From Meiothermus sp. (GTDB lineage: Bacteria; Deinococcota; Deinococci; Deinococcales; Thermaceae): a stretch of 64,000 nucleotides of DNA. Positions 63,160 through 64,000 of the stretch are shown piece by piece (position 1 is the stretch's first letter; each line of letters opens with the position of its first letter). The DNA lies in NCBI GenBank assembly GCA_040290005.1, contig PSMF01000002.1:12542-76541 (forward strand). The letters are read 5' to 3'. The notes under the pieces were generated by a model. It was not told where the DNA came from. It did no database searches and saw only the letters and a program-made list of their open reading frames with translations. The position numbers and the translations under genes were made by a program.

Positions 63160-64000
63160 TTACACCAGCCCGTATTCTTTGGACTTGCCACGTAAAAACG
63201 CCAGCCCATCGCGTACGAGTGCTTCCGGGTCGCCTACCACGTCGCGCCACATGCAGGTCGCGCGGGCGATGTCGGGGTTTAGCGCGACAAACGACTCCAT
63301 CACCAAATCCCCGTCGAAACCGACCTTTTTGAGCCCAGAGAACACCTCGTCCCAGTGGACATTTCCGCTGCCCGGTGTTCCCCGGTCCGATTCAGAGAGA
63401 TGGATATAGCCCAGATATTTTCCTACACCGACGATGGGCTTCTCGAACCCCTTTTCTTCGATGTTCATGTGATAGGTGTCGAGGTGAACGAAAACGTTGG
63501 GTTCGCCGATGCGGTTAATCAGGTCTACAGCCTGCGAACCAAGGTTGATTAGATACGTTTCATAGCGGTTGACCGGCTCGAGGCCCAGCCGCATCCCCAA
63601 GCTCGCCGCGTGGCGGGCTACGGGTTTGAGGGCCTTGGCAATCGCCTCGTAATCGGCCTCGGTGGGAGCACGCCCGGAGAGTGCGCCGAGCGTCGCATAC
63701 GTCACGCCGGAGAGCACCTCACTGCCAGTCTGGTGGGCCACGTCGAAGGCGTGGGTCAGAAACCGCGTTGCGGCCTCGGGGTTCTCGGGCAGGCTCGCCT
63801 CGACGGGCAACCCGAGCGAGCACGTACAGCCTAAGTTGTGGCGCTCCAAGAGTCCCTTGGTCAGCCCCACATCGAACTCGGCAGGACGCAGCAAGGGAAT
63901 TTCTACGAAGTCGAGCCCGACAGCGGCGGCGCTACGGATGACCCTCTCCGCGGCCTCAGGATTCCACTCCGCCGACCAGATAAACGCGTGTGCTCCAAAT
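63160..64000 (-). CDS. sugar-phosphate isomerase/epimerase TIM-barrel protein (ketose 3-epimerase-like); N-terminus lies outside the window
   Basis: 'VFVHLDTYHMNIEEKGF', 'GYIHLSESDRGTPGSGNVHW'. The frame stays open to base 64000 (..GAHAFIWSAEWNPEAAERVIRSAAAVGLDFVEIPLLRPAEF..). Confidence 0.85.
   Translation of the reverse strand, partial: FGAHAFIWSAEWNPEAAERVIRSAAAVGLDFVEIPLLRPAEFDVGLTKGLLERHNLGCTCSLGLPVEASLPENPEAATRFLTHAFDVAHQTGSEVLSGVTYATLGALSGRAPTEADYEAIAKALKPVARHAASLGMRLGLEPVNRYETYLINLGSQAVDLINRIGEPNVFVHLDTYHMNIEEKGFEKPIVGVGKYLGYIHLSESDRGTPGSGNVHWDEVFSGLKKVGFDGDLVMESFVALNPDIARATCMWRDVVGDPEALVRDGLAFLRGKSKEYGLV

Overview
High-GC chromosomal segment that looks like Deinococcus-Thermus (Meiothermus/Thermus-like). 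That assignment is an inference from gene content: a pilA1-pilA2-pilA3-comZ type competence pilin cluster, PolX, and a PriA without helicase motifs. The window is mostly housekeeping and accessory metabolism. Recognisable units are a carbohydrate ABC transporter, isocitrate lyase, a potABCD operon ending in an acetylpolyamine amidohydrolase-like gene, a 2-oxo-acid dehydrogenase E1a/E1b/E2/E3 operon, minC, polX, aguA-aguB, a barnase/barstar pair, priA, and several decayed genes. No rRNA, tRNA or CRISPR array was seen. Two things stand out. (1) Intergenic DNA is saturated with hairpin-forming repeats. The main family has arms made of tandem 7-nt words whose sequence differs from locus to locus. 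It punctuates operons, and in one case it brackets a whole four-helix-bundle (rRNA-IVS/Avd-like) gene inserted in the dehydrogenase operon. There are also REP-like GTAGGGGCGCA palindromes next to a RAYT pseudogene, a G-tract family, and a recurring loop motif. (2) A minus-strand gene set (52.1-57.9 kb) encodes two paralogous small proteins, a GAF-GGDEF protein with a degenerate HD-GYP tail, and a TPR-CHAT protease. It lies behind a ~500-bp AT-richer leader and is a candidate undescribed signalling or defence module. All functional calls come from reading motifs by eye. No database search was run.
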